Positions 28,692-38,653 of a stretch of 64,000 bases of DNA are shown one piece after another. A program made the position numbers and the translations under genes. Under the pieces are notes generated by a model. The model was given only the letters and a program-made list of their open reading frames with translations, was not told where the DNA came from and did no database searches. Positions within the stretch are counted from its first letter, which is position 1. Each line of letters opens with the position of its first letter. Where the stretch lies: NCBI GenBank assembly GCA_900767825.1, contig CAAGAN010000028.1:619-64618 (forward strand). Reading direction: 5' to 3'. This DNA comes from Bacilli bacterium. Its GTDB lineage: Bacteria > Bacillota_I > Bacilli_A > RFN20 > CAG-826.

Positions 28692-30764
28692 ATGAAAAAA
28701 GCCAAACTCACCCTCGGAATTGTTAGTGCATTAGTTGCAACCGGTGCTTTAGCCGCTTGTAATGAGGTCACTTATAATGAGGGCGTGGTGCTATCTTACA
28801 CAGACGCCGCAGGTAAAGTTACAAACTATACCGCCGAAGAACTATTCGGAAGCTATATGAATTCTAGCAGCGCTGCAAGCACCGCATTTAACAAGGTTCA
28901 AGAAGTATTAATCAGAAAATTCTACGAAGAACCATCTCAAGCTGCCGCACTCGCGGAGTTAAAAACTAAAGCACAAAAGAAAGTCTCGGGTTTAAAAGAC
29001 CAGGCTGAAACCAATGCCAAGAATAACGGGACTAAATACCAAGAAGAATTTGAGAAGCTCTTGGATAGCGCCGGTGTTGATAATGTCGATCAACTTCTAG
29101 ACCAAAAACTCTACGAAGAAGAAAAAGATAAATATACCACCGACTACTACACCCAACAAAACCTCGATGCTATCCGTGATGGCAAAAAGTGGGAAGGCCT
29201 CGAAGGTTCTGAAGATACCTATGGTCCAGTCACTAAGGGTTATCTAAAAGACAAGATGCCATATCACGTATCCCATATCTTGGTCAAACTCGGAAGTGCT
29301 TCAAGCAACGAACACGCCCAAGCTACCATTTCTTCTTCCGAATCGAAGAAGTTATCAGATGTCGTTAAGGAATTAGCTGGCGCCGATAGCACTGACGAAA
29401 CCGGTAAGACCACTTCTAAAGATAGACTTACATTTGGCAACATTGCCTATAACCTTTCTGAAGACGATGGATCCGCAAAAGAATATGGCGATCTTAAAAT
29501 AATGGATAAAGATACTGAATTTGTCCAAGAATTCAAGCTTGGCCTATATGCAGTCGATGCCATTTACAACAAACAAGCAAATGAATATGGCGCTGGTGTT
29601 AAGAACAACCTATTACCATCCGCCGATGCTAAAGTTGGAAGCGACACTGTTACTTCTTTATTCGAAGCACGTGGAATTGGAACAATCCCTTACGGTGCCT
29701 TTGTTGCCTTAGGTGATGATGATGTTTCCTGGGCAAGCCATAGCAATGGCGAGCCTGACCTTGGATATGAAGTTAATAGCAATTCTTCTACCTTCTATCC
29801 ACGTAATGTCTTGTTCAACAAATACATGAACAACCACCAAATCGCTGTCATTACCCCAAATTCAATTGATTACAATGACTTCCTTGAAGGTACTGGATCA
29901 GTTGCAACCAACTGGGCTTCATATAAGACAAGCGAAATTGGAACTAATAATCTTCCAGTTACTGCTGGTAAAGCTTCTACTGCTTATGCTGGCTTACCTG
30001 GATTCCAAAACGATACCAAAGGCATCATTGGTTTAACCGAAAATGTCTTAACAAACGAAAAAGGACAAATCGTCTTCGCTGTTAGAGCTGGAACTTCCTC
30101 CTATCAAGGAATCCACTTCATCACCGTTGACCGTTCTGCCTTAGCTGAATATGCCACCCCAACCGGTGCCTTAGCTACCAAAGCTGATTATGGTGATGGA
30201 AAATCAAGTAACGTTACCAGCCTTTCTGAATACTGGACAATGTTATCTCCATCAAAGGTTGCTACTAGCGATGATAAGCTTGGAGATTCCAATTATTATC
30301 CTTCCTATAAGAATGGTGATAAGATTGCTGCCAAGACTACATTCGTCAACAAATTCCAATCCTCTGCCGATTCTAATTACACCGAAAGAACAAGCAAGAT
30401 CTCTAGCGCTGTAAAAGATTACGACAAGAATATGGATACCTATATGATCCAAGAATTGTTGGAAGCCAAAAATACTGATGGAGCCAAGAAAATCAACTTC
30501 AAAGACGAGAAGATTGGTGATTTAGTCAAGAGTTACATCAAATCAAAACGTGTCAAAGCTGTAGAAGACAAGCAAGATTCCTTCGACGAAGCTTGGATTA
30601 CCTACGCTGAATACTTACAACAACAAGATGCCGCTAGAAAGATGAAAGACGATGGCAGCCAGCGCTTAATCTCTGAAGTCTGCGCTATCGGATATGGTTC
30701 TAATGATGCTAAAGCCAAAACTGGCGACTGGGCAAAGGGAGGAGCTTGCTACGATGGAAAATAA
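28692..30764 (+). CDS. PrsA-like lipoprotein with split parvulin-type PPIase signature
   Basis: Signal peptide with lipobox LAAC. Parvulin-like blocks YHVSHILVKL ... FGNIAYNLSEDDGSAKEYGDL...FVQEF ... QGIHFITVD. Strong GAAGGAGGA SD. Confidence 0.7.
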   Translation: MKKAKLTLGIVSALVATGALAACNEVTYNEGVVLSYTDAAGKVTNYTAEELFGSYMNSSSAASTAFNKVQEVLIRKFYEEPSQAAALAELKTKAQKKVSGLKDQAETNAKNNGTKYQEEFEKLLDSAGVDNVDQLLDQKLYEEEKDKYTTDYYTQQNLDAIRDGKKWEGLEGSEDTYGPVTKGYLKDKMPYHVSHILVKLGSASSNEHAQATISSSESKKLSDVVKELAGADSTDETGKTTSKDRLTFGNIAYNLSEDDGSAKEYGDLKIMDKDTEFVQEFKLGLYAVDAIYNKQANEYGAGVKNNLLPSADAKVGSDTVTSLFEARGIGTIPYGAFVALGDDDVSWASHSNGEPDLGYEVNSNSSTFYPRNVLFNKYMNNHQIAVITPNSIDYNDFLEGTGSVATNWASYKTSEIGTNNLPVTAGKASTAYAGLPGFQNDTKGIIGLTENVLTNEKGQIVFAVRAGTSSYQGIHFITVDRSALAEYATPTGALATKADYGDGKSSNVTSLSEYWTMLSPSKVATSDDKLGDSNYYPSYKNGDKIAAKTTFVNKFQSSADSNYTERTSKISSAVKDYDKNMDTYMIQELLEAKNTDGAKKINFKDEKIGDLVKSYIKSKRVKAVEDKQDSFDEAWITYAEYLQQQDAARKMKDDGSQRLISEVCAIGYGSNDAKAKTGDWAKGGACYDGK

Positions 30765-30768
30765 ATTC

Positions 30769-32361
30769 ATGAAAAAGACAATTCTTACCTTGCTAGCCGC
30801 AACAACCATTGGACTAGCTGGTTGCTCTGATGTCGAGGCCGCTCTTCCATCTTCTAAACAAGATGAGATGATCCTAGATATCGAAAACATCCCAAATAAC
30901 AATCTTCAACAAATCTATGAAGCTCTAGTTACTTCTGGTGATACAAATTCCGAAAAGATTCTCGACAATATCCTATATATATATGCTAAGACTCTATTTG
31001 GAAGCTTCTATGATGTAAAAAACGATGCAGGCACTGTTACCGAAGAAGGTTTATTCGCCATCGCCGGTGATGATGGTAAAATCGCTGAGTTCATCAAGAC
31101 ACATTCCGTTTATGGAACTGGTGAAGAAGGTGTCAAAAACTGCAAAGCCTTCATCGCTCACATTAAAGATTCAATTCTAAATTTCTTCTATTCAGTAATT
31201 ACCAATTCTAGTTACCAAAAGAGATCGGAATTCCTAGAAGAGAAATTCTATAATGCCCAAGTTTCTGAATTATTTAATTTAAAGAAGCCATCTAGCTTTG
31301 TTACAAAGCAACTTGACGGAAACAAGACCTATAAAGATGCTGAAGAATATTTCACCGATTTATATGTCACCTATCAAGATTATATCGAAAAGAGCCTTCT
31401 CCCAACCGCTTTTAGAAAATCGTTGGTCGAAGAATATCTAATCGAAAAGAACTATGGTTCACTTGGTAGAAGCTATGCCCGTAAAGTCCAATATATCGCT
31501 TTACCTGATATCGAAAGCAAAGATGGTGCCGCTCAAAGATTAGTTAGAAGCTATTCCAAACTAGTCATTAGTAAGACCGATGATGAAATCAAAACTGCAG
31601 TCGCTGGAATCGAACCAGCCTCAGTTAGAGACCTTCACTTCCTAGATAATCTATACAAAGGATTATTCGAAAACGGAAGCAAAGAAGAAGCCTATGCCAA
31701 TTTGATCTATGCCGAAGCTGGATTCTCTACCGAAAGAGAAGAAACCTCTTGGGGCAAAGTAAATAAGGATTATAAAGGCCTAACCGATGACCGTAACAAG
31801 ACTGGATCCACCACCGACTTCACCAATTCCGGAGCCTATACAAAGGAAATCGGACTTGAATTGAAGCGTAGGGAAATCCAAGCAACAACCAAAGTCACCG
31901 AAGGTTGGTACACTTCTACTGGATTAACCGATTTAGCCTCTTCAATAAAGACTAGATTATTCAAGATTTCCGTTGCTAATGAAGTTGATTCATTAACCAC
32001 TGGAGCCAAAGGAAACTTTGGTTGGAATGTCCAAGGTTCATATTACATGATTCCTGAAACATATGAATCTAACGAAGCTTATCCATATTGCATGTATGAT
32101 AAAGACACCAAAACTTGGTATATCGTAAGAGTTGACGAAGCCGTCAAAGCTCCTAAGTTATCCCAAACTGGTGACGATAATTACGCTGCAATGGGTAAAA
32201 ATATGCGTGAAATCGTTCTAAATGTTGCTTCCTTATTATCTGATACAGATTCCTATAAGAAAGCCGCTAAACAATATTATGTTGAGAAGATGGCCTTTAG
32301 TTACCATGACCAATCCGTCTATAACTACTTCAAATCCACCTTCCCAGATCTCTTTGATTAA
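30769..32361 (+). CDS. lipoprotein, probable degenerate PrsA/SurA-like paralogue
   Basis: I place the start at ATG 30769 (MKKTILTLLAATTIGLAGCSD, lipobox LAGC), 5 nt after the upstream stop. The ORF-track start at 30694 lies inside the previous gene. The C-terminal WYIVRVDE block resembles the end of a parvulin domain. Confidence 0.6.
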   Translation: MKKTILTLLAATTIGLAGCSDVEAALPSSKQDEMILDIENIPNNNLQQIYEALVTSGDTNSEKILDNILYIYAKTLFGSFYDVKNDAGTVTEEGLFAIAGDDGKIAEFIKTHSVYGTGEEGVKNCKAFIAHIKDSILNFFYSVITNSSYQKRSEFLEEKFYNAQVSELFNLKKPSSFVTKQLDGNKTYKDAEEYFTDLYVTYQDYIEKSLLPTAFRKSLVEEYLIEKNYGSLGRSYARKVQYIALPDIESKDGAAQRLVRSYSKLVISKTDDEIKTAVAGIEPASVRDLHFLDNLYKGLFENGSKEEAYANLIYAEAGFSTEREETSWGKVNKDYKGLTDDRNKTGSTTDFTNSGAYTKEIGLELKRREIQATTKVTEGWYTSTGLTDLASSIKTRLFKISVANEVDSLTTGAKGNFGWNVQGSYYMIPETYESNEAYPYCMYDKDTKTWYIVRVDEAVKAPKLSQTGDDNYAAMGKNMREIVLNVASLLSDTDSYKKAAKQYYVEKMAFSYHDQSVYNYFKSTFPDLFD

Positions 32362-32381
32362 TAAAGAAGATATATAATATA

Positions 32382-32410
32382 AGGGCAGATTAAGTTCTGC
32401 CCTATTTTTG
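32382..32410 (+). terminator. Rho-independent terminator after the lipoprotein pair
   Basis: AGGGCAGA-TTAAGT-TCTGCCCT followed by ATTTTTG. Confidence 0.75.
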
Positions 32411-32424
32411 TAGAAAGGTTATTT

Positions 32425-32841
32425 ATGAAAGACGTATTCTGTAAAATCATCGATGGTGAAATCCCTTCTAGCGTCGTTTATGAAGATGATGATGTATTAG
32501 CGATACTAGACATCTCCCAAACCACTAGAGGTCATACCCTAGTCATGCCAAAAAAGCATTATGATTCCTTCTTATCTTGTCCACAAGAAGAAATGCACAA
32601 AGTAATGGATGTTGCTAGACGTATCGGACAAGCCGAAATCTCTATTCTAGGAGCAAAGGGAGTCAATATCCTTACTAATGTCGGCGAAGTCGCTGGACAA
32701 AGTGTTCCACATTTCCATGTCCATGTCATTCCTAGATATGTCGGAGGACAAGGAGGCTTCCAAATCACAATGAAAGCTCAGGATGTCTCTAGCATGGATC
32801 TTCCACGTCTAGCTCACGAAATCAATAAAGCCATGAAGTAA
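32425..32841 (+). CDS. HIT-family (histidine triad) nucleotide-binding protein
   Basis: 138 aa. HFHVHVIP histidine triad. Confidence 0.9.
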   Translation: MKDVFCKIIDGEIPSSVVYEDDDVLAILDISQTTRGHTLVMPKKHYDSFLSCPQEEMHKVMDVARRIGQAEISILGAKGVNILTNVGEVAGQSVPHFHVHVIPRYVGGQGGFQITMKAQDVSSMDLPRLAHEINKAMK

Positions 32842-32871
32842 AAAAAGATGAGGTTCGCGCCTCATCTTTTT
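32841..32871. terminator. bidirectional terminator between the HIT gene and yhaM
   Basis: AAAAAA-GATGAGG-TTCGCG-CCTCATC-TTTTT. The right arm encodes the last YhaM codons. Confidence 0.7.
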
Positions 32872-33905
32872 AATTCGTCTAATTCTTTTTCTAAGCTTAA
32901 TCCTGATGGAGAGGAAGAAACTTCTAGACTAAATGGATTATAGAAGAACCTATTGTCCATCGTCATTATTTTTGAAGTATTCTCACCTTTTTCAGCCCCT
33001 TCATAGGCTTTATCTAAAATCATCATCTTAGCATCAAAATCATCAATGCAAGAAACGGCATAGGCCTCCTTAGTAAGTGGTAAGACAGGGGAACCGAATT
33101 CATATTTGCCATGGTGGGACAATATTATATGTTCTAGCATTGAAGCCATCTCGTGTTTATGGAATAAAGTAGAACTCTTTGTCTGTTCTTCTTTTGGTAG
33201 AGACTCGAATTCATGCATACCTAGTCTTTCAGCCTCTTTCCTGACCTCGTAGAAGCCTAAAGAGATGTGGCCAATTAATTTACCATCCAAAGTAAATTCG
33301 GCGTTAGGAAGGCCCGATAATTCAATCATCTTGCCAAAATCATGGACAAGGCAGCCTGCTAAAACCAAATCCCTATTGAGTTTTGGATAAACCGCGCAGA
33401 AAGATAATCCTAAATCCGCCATGGTAACGGAATGATAAATAAGTCCAGACTCGAATTCATGATGGTTTCTAACCGCGGCTGGCCAAATAGAAAGCTTCTC
33501 TAGGTATTTGTTAACTAAATTAGATACCAAAAGCTTTAAATCCTTATCGGAAATTGAATTGACATAGGCTTTAAGCTTATTTACCAAATCTTCCTTTTTG
33601 ACTGGAGAAGAGATAGCAAAATCATTTGGATTTAACCCAAGGGTATCGCTAGTAACCTTAAACAAGCGAATTTGAAGTGATTTGTTATAGGAAAGCACTT
33701 TGCCTTCAACATGGACTACATTACCTTTTTTTAATATCTCTTCTTCATTATTTATTTCCCATAGACGGGCTGAAATTTGAGAAGATTGGTCTTGAAAAGT
33801 AATGGCTAGATAAGGCTTGCCATTCGTATTGACGCATTTTTTGCAATCGCTGACTAGTAATGGCCCAGAAAAGCTATCGCCATCTTTTAAATCAATTATT
33901 TTCAT
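32862..33905 (-). CDS. yhaM: 3'-5' exoribonuclease YhaM (OB-fold + HD domain)
   Basis: 347 aa. N-terminal OB-like region, then HD motifs HHEFESGLIYH and VHDFGK. Confidence 0.8.
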   Translation of the reverse strand: MKIIDLKDGDSFSGPLLVSDCKKCVNTNGKPYLAITFQDQSSQISARLWEINNEEEILKKGNVVHVEGKVLSYNKSLQIRLFKVTSDTLGLNPNDFAISSPVKKEDLVNKLKAYVNSISDKDLKLLVSNLVNKYLEKLSIWPAAVRNHHEFESGLIYHSVTMADLGLSFCAVYPKLNRDLVLAGCLVHDFGKMIELSGLPNAEFTLDGKLIGHISLGFYEVRKEAERLGMHEFESLPKEEQTKSSTLFHKHEMASMLEHIILSHHGKYEFGSPVLPLTKEAYAVSCIDDFDAKMMILDKAYEGAEKGENTSKIMTMDNRFFYNPFSLEVSSSPSGLSLEKELDELKR

Positions 33906-34701
33906 CGTTTTCTCCTTTTACCAAATTAGAAATATCGTCATATTCGTAGCCTTTCCTTAATAAATAAGCGAATATGGCCCTAGACAATTTATAACCGTTA
34001 TATTTTCTTTCATATCTAGTTTTAGCAATTAAATAATCGGATTCTAGATTGGATTTATTTTCTTCTTCGCTAGGGAAAGATAAGGCTTGGTTAGTCGCTT
34101 CTTTTGCAACATCTAGGTCAAATCCTCTTTCTCTTAAGGCTAATAAAGTCTTCCCAACCTTCTTATTCTTAGGAGCCTTTAATAACCTTCTATCTAATAC
34201 CTTTACGTAATTTAAAGCCTTTTCTAATTCTTTTTCTCTTGGAAAAGATAAATTATCGATTATTTCATTAGAAATCCCTTTTTGATGTAGATTAAATAAA
34301 ACCTTATTTCTTCCATATAACCTAAGTTCAGCAACATCTTCAGCATATGTCTTCGCATACAACTTGTCATCTAGAAGGCCTTCCTTGGTTAATTTATCGA
34401 TTATTTTTTGGGCCAATTCAACATTCGCACCTCTATCTAATATCTTTCCATACAAAACATAGGAAGAATAATTTTCCCTAGATAATAAACGTAAGGCATA
34501 TTCCATATAGCCTTCTTCCTTTTTAGAAGAAATCAGATTCAAATATTCCTGTTCGCTTAATTGCTTTCCTTCATATAGACGAAATTCAGTAAAAGTAAAA
34601 GGAGATAAAGACAATTTATCACCCGATTCGAAAGTAATGACTACTTCCTTTTTCCTTTTTCTAATGCTTTCGATTATTTCACCACGATTTTCTTTGGACA
34701 C
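33892..34701 (-). CDS. recX: recombination regulator RecX
   Basis: 269 aa. Repeated three-helix pattern (ALRLLSRENYSSYVLYGKILDRG ...) typical of RecX. Confidence 0.7.
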   Translation of the reverse strand: MSKENRGEIIESIRKRKKEVVITFESGDKLSLSPFTFTEFRLYEGKQLSEQEYLNLISSKKEEGYMEYALRLLSRENYSSYVLYGKILDRGANVELAQKIIDKLTKEGLLDDKLYAKTYAEDVAELRLYGRNKVLFNLHQKGISNEIIDNLSFPREKELEKALNYVKVLDRRLLKAPKNKKVGKTLLALRERGFDLDVAKEATNQALSFPSEEENKSNLESDYLIAKTRYERKYNGYKLSRAIFAYLLRKGYEYDDISNLVKGENDENN

Positions 34702-35854
34702 GTTTATACACCTCGATTATTGAATCATAGAAACGCTTCATAGAATAAATATCTATTGCCTTTAACGAAGCATTTACTATTTTTTTCTTGCTTGCATCGC
34801 TTAAATGCTTTACTTTTTCTAGCTTATCCGGGAAGTCATTCTCGTCTTTAAAGAAGAATCCAGTTTCATTATCTTTTATAGTCCCGGATAAATTATCATC
34901 ATACCTAGCCAAGACGATTAATTCGCTTGCCATGGCTTCCATAAACGTTAACCCTTGGGTCTCTGTAATTGAAGCCGAAGCAAAGCAATCCCCTAAATGA
35001 TAATATTTTTGCGTTTCTCCCGGAGAGCATTTCCCTGTAAATATAGTTGAAGAAGAAATGCCTAATGAATCTGCTAAATCCTTGAGTTCTTGTTCAGCAG
35101 GACCCCAGCCAGTAATGACTAATTTTACTTTTTCCTGTGGATATTTTTCTTTAAATTTAGCAAATCCTTTTATAACTACATCGATACTTTTCTCTTTTGC
35201 AATCCTACCTAAAGATAAAAGGACATAGTCATCTTTTTCGATTCCAAACTTCTTTTTTAAGGCAAGGGTCTCTTCTTTGTTTTCATTAGTTGGGGAGAAT
35301 CTAGATAATTCAACTCCAGTCGGGATAATGGAGACAGTCGTATCGATTCGGATGGAGCGAAGATAATCCTTAATCTTCTCACTAGGCGCGATAAATTCAG
35401 TATAGGCATTGCTTTTACCCCTAAAGAAGAATCTAACTGCATGCCTAGCAAATCTATCAAAATGTCCCTTAGTAACGTAATAGGTATAATCTTCGATCAT
35501 CGTATGGAATGTATAGACTGATCCTATATGGAATTTAGAGGCAACTAAACCGCCGAATATACCAATTCCAGCATCAGTCTGGCAATGTACTACTTCAGGA
35601 TGGAAAGAAGAAAGGATATCCATGGCTTTCTTGTTATAAAACATAGACATACGGTACCCATACAATGCTTTTAATTTGATTCCAGGAAGTCTAAGAATGC
35701 CATCTTGGTAAGTAACATATTTGGAAAATGGGTTAGTAGTTACAACTATGACATTATGGCCATGCTCAACTAACGTCTTCCTTAAGTTGAAGGTAGAGGT
35801 AGCAACCCCATTAATTTCTGGAGGATATGTATCAGAGAACAAGGCTATATTCAT
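34679..35854 (-). CDS. GT4-family glycosyltransferase, likely diacylglycerol glucosyltransferase (alMGS-like glycolipid synthase)
   Basis: N-terminus MNIALFSDTYPPEINGVATS and C-terminal E..G...EAMAS motif. I place the start at ATG 35854 with a GAGGTGGG SD, in an ATGA overlap with the upstream gene. Confidence 0.8.
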   Translation of the reverse strand: MNIALFSDTYPPEINGVATSTFNLRKTLVEHGHNVIVVTTNPFSKYVTYQDGILRLPGIKLKALYGYRMSMFYNKKAMDILSSFHPEVVHCQTDAGIGIFGGLVASKFHIGSVYTFHTMIEDYTYYVTKGHFDRFARHAVRFFFRGKSNAYTEFIAPSEKIKDYLRSIRIDTTVSIIPTGVELSRFSPTNENKEETLALKKKFGIEKDDYVLLSLGRIAKEKSIDVVIKGFAKFKEKYPQEKVKLVITGWGPAEQELKDLADSLGISSSTIFTGKCSPGETQKYYHLGDCFASASITETQGLTFMEAMASELIVLARYDDNLSGTIKDNETGFFFKDENDFPDKLEKVKHLSDASKKKIVNASLKAIDIYSMKRFYDSIIEVYKRVQRKSW

Positions 35855-37299
35855 AATTCCCACCTCTGCATTTCATTATCTTCCTCTTTTTGCTTTTTTC
35901 TAGACTTCTTTTCTTTAGTAGGCTTAACCTTTTTTGGAGGTTTATAAGCCTTCTTTAACGCAGGAACGTCTTCGATTTTATTTTCTTCTTTAGGAATAGA
36001 TATCTCTTTATCTTTCTTTATTTTTCCAAAAGACATGGTTTCTGCAATCTTGTTTTGAAGTGCTTTCCTAGATAATTGCCTAGTTTCGTATAAGGTATCT
36101 GCACTGCGTTTTCTTTCGTCGAAAGTAGCCATCTGGATATCGACGAATGTCTGACGGTTTGCATAATGTATTGGCTCTTTTGGTCTACTTCTATAAAGTG
36201 CGGCAACTAATCCAGAAACCAATAAAGGAATATGGAAGGTTACTGTTCTCCATAAAATAAGAGTAGAACTTACATATGTCTGTTCCCCAAAGAAATTAAA
36301 GAACAAGTATTGATAGAAAAGTTCAGAAACACCGGCAGATCCAGGAAGAGGGATAAGTCCTGTAATCATTTGATGGAAGCTAGACAAGAAAGCGGCATGG
36401 AATAATTTATAGGCATCGAAGGCATCGAAGGCCTTAAGTGCCATACCAGCAATATAAGGAATGGAATTCCTAAGGAAAATCATGATTGAGAACAAGATAA
36501 ACTGCAAAATAACTATAGGAATATTAGATTGCAGACGTCTAAGCTCAATCTTGAAGTTCTCAACTTGAACCCTAAGATTTTCTCTAGCCTGGTCAGGTTT
36601 CTTGATAAGCTTTATCTTGCCAAGGAATCCAATCACATGGTTTAAGATGAAATTATGGAATTTATGGCTATAAGACATACCTAAAAGAAGAAATATGACC
36701 GATATATTAAGTAAGAACCCTACAATAATCAAAGGAAGCATAGGAATCGATAATTTCCAATCGAATATAGCAAAGTCCATGGATTTGATATCCATAATCC
36801 TGTTCCATTCAAATCCAATCGCGAATATATCAAAAGATATAAGGGCGGCCTGGTAAATAATAAACCACATTACCATAATAGAAGCGGCATTAGATATAAC
36901 TAATCCCTGCGATTTCAAGGTATAGGCCTGCATGACCTGTCCCCCGCTTGCCCCTGGAGTGATATCGCTATAGAACTGTCCAACAAAAGAAGCAGCTAGG
37001 CCTTGATGGAATTTATATTGCCTTGTATAAAGGCGGCAAAAAGCCCAAATAATGACCCCATCTACACAATAAGAAAGGAAAACCATGCCGATAATGATAA
37101 GCATATATACCCAATCGGCTTTGGAGAAAGCATCGATGACCTTTCCAAATTGATCGCCCCACAAAGACAACGTCAAAGAAATAGCCGTAGCTATCAAGAC
37201 GATTAAAATATATAAAACATATTTAACAGTCTTTTTCTTGTTTGTTGGAGTTGGAGCGTCTTTGTTTTTGTTAGATAGAATTGCCATAGAAGCAAACAT
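35851..37299 (-). CDS. flippase-like / lysylphosphatidylglycerol-synthase TM-region family membrane protein with Lys-rich C-terminal tail
   Basis: 482 aa polytopic protein. Motifs ITPGASGGQ and LPGSAGVSE are typical of the LPG_synthase_TM (UPF0104) family. Confidence 0.7.
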   Translation of the reverse strand: MFASMAILSNKNKDAPTPTNKKKTVKYVLYILIVLIATAISLTLSLWGDQFGKVIDAFSKADWVYMLIIIGMVFLSYCVDGVIIWAFCRLYTRQYKFHQGLAASFVGQFYSDITPGASGGQVMQAYTLKSQGLVISNAASIMVMWFIIYQAALISFDIFAIGFEWNRIMDIKSMDFAIFDWKLSIPMLPLIIVGFLLNISVIFLLLGMSYSHKFHNFILNHVIGFLGKIKLIKKPDQARENLRVQVENFKIELRRLQSNIPIVILQFILFSIMIFLRNSIPYIAGMALKAFDAFDAYKLFHAAFLSSFHQMITGLIPLPGSAGVSELFYQYLFFNFFGEQTYVSSTLILWRTVTFHIPLLVSGLVAALYRSRPKEPIHYANRQTFVDIQMATFDERKRSADTLYETRQLSRKALQNKIAETMSFGKIKKDKEISIPKEENKIEDVPALKKAYKPPKKVKPTKEKKSRKKQKEEDNEMQRWEL

Positions 37300-37303
37300 A
37301 TTT

Positions 37304-37324
37304 TACCCTAAATTCTTTAGGGTA
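37304..37324. promoter_or_regulatory. perfect 21-bp palindrome TACCCTAAA-ttc-TTTAGGGTA (candidate TetR operator or SD-occluding hairpin)
   Basis: Read directly from the sequence. It lies 4 nt upstream of the flippase-like ATG (37299) and 27 nt downstream of the TetR stop. Confidence 0.4.
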
Positions 37325-37351
37325 GTGATAGGGAGTTATCTTAAGTAGTTA

Positions 37352-37891
37352 TTAATCCTTTATTAAAGGGCTGAAATTAATGACAAATGTCTTTATTAAA
37401 TCTTCAATCGGGACATCATATCCAGAATCGCACCAAGCACGGAAAACCCCTACCCCTGCGGAAAAAAGAAAGATTCCTACATACTTTTTAGTTTTTTCAT
37501 CGCCTCTAAGATGAGGGGCAATGGTTTGGACTACGATTGGTTCGAAAGTTTTCTTTATCTTATATGTAAAATGGGATTGGGAAACATTGACAACCGTCTG
37601 TATTTTAGTCGCGTTATCTTTTAAATAGTTAGCGGTTTCATATAAACCTGCAAGATAATTGCCGGTAGAATGCTTGAATATTATCTTCGAAATATCAGAA
37701 ATAATGATGTTTTCCACATCGTCAATGACATCCGATACATTTTCATAATGTAAATAAAATGTCGATCTAGATAATCCTAAATTGGAAGTAATATCTTTGA
37801 CCGTAACGCCTTGAAAAGTGTTTTTCTTAAGCAACCTCAAGGTCTCTTCTCTTATATCTTCTTTAGTTTTTTCTACACGTAAGCTTTTCAT
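37352..37891 (-). CDS. TetR/AcrR family transcriptional regulator
   Basis: 179 aa. N-terminal HTH VTVKDITSNLGLSRSTFYLHYENV. Confidence 0.85.
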   Translation of the reverse strand: MKSLRVEKTKEDIREETLRLLKKNTFQGVTVKDITSNLGLSRSTFYLHYENVSDVIDDVENIIISDISKIIFKHSTGNYLAGLYETANYLKDNATKIQTVVNVSQSHFTYKIKKTFEPIVVQTIAPHLRGDEKTKKYVGIFLFSAGVGVFRAWCDSGYDVPIEDLIKTFVINFSPLIKD

Positions 37892-37926
37892 AACAAAAAA
37901 AGATTAACACTAAAATGAACACGTGT

Positions 37927-38646
37927 CTATATTGAGTGTTTTACTTCTTTTTCTAATATTTTTAGGGATTTTTTATATAAAGAAGGCAGTCCCCCTTTAA
38001 AAGAAAAATAATAAAGAGAGGACGTTTTCTTATCATAAATTAAAGGCAATAAAGACTTTAATCTAGGCTCACTTAAGCCAAAAGAAGCTTCTTCTAACGA
38101 GATGAGCTTAATTGAATATTCCTTTAAGAATTCTAAATCGTTTTCAATCAATTTATCTACACATAGGAAATCTATTAATAAATAAGAACGTGCTTTCTTA
38201 TTAAATGGACCAATATTAAAAGAATCGTGTTCAACCTTGTTTTTAAAAGATGATGTATTTTGGAAAGAAAAGGCATAAACCTGCTTCCCATAATCTAAAG
38301 TAAACCTGCTCCTAACATAATTCTTATTATCGAATTCATATTTATTTTCTAGGCGTTTTTTGAATGATTCCAAATTGAAATTTGATACATGGGTCAATTC
38401 AATTGAAGATAATTTGGCTTCCCTTGATGTTATAAAATATTCATTTATGCCTTTGCTAGTTTTAGCCACTACGACTAAAAAAATAATAGCCAATACAAAG
38501 AAAATACCCATTCCAACATAAAATAGATATGATCCATATCCAAATCTTTTTAAGTAATAGAAGATGATGATACTAGAAATGGAACAAACAAAAATGAAAA
38601 TTAGGAGAGAAATTAATGTTATTACTTTCTTCTTGCTATATTTCAT
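37927..38646 (-). CDS. hypothetical membrane protein (two N-terminal TM helices)
   Basis: 239 aa. No family recognised. Confidence 0.5.
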   Translation of the reverse strand: MKYSKKKVITLISLLIFIFVCSISSIIIFYYLKRFGYGSYLFYVGMGIFFVLAIIFLVVVAKTSKGINEYFITSREAKLSSIELTHVSNFNLESFKKRLENKYEFDNKNYVRSRFTLDYGKQVYAFSFQNTSSFKNKVEHDSFNIGPFNKKARSYLLIDFLCVDKLIENDLEFLKEYSIKLISLEEASFGLSEPRLKSLLPLIYDKKTSSLYYFSFKGGLPSLYKKSLKILEKEVKHSI

Positions 38647-38653
38647 AATTTGG

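Noticed and set aside
36412-36429. A 9-bp tandem duplication, GGCATCGAA x2, inside the flippase-like gene (protein AFDAFD).
   Set aside because: It is an in-frame two-copy duplication. That is too short and too isolated to treat as a functional repeat or a phase-variation tract.
37906-37940. The inverted repeat AACACT...AGTGTT flanking CACGTG upstream of the TetR start.
   Set aside because: The arms are only 6 bp and the spacer is 23 nt. One arm lies inside the preceding coding sequence, so the pattern is compatible with chance.
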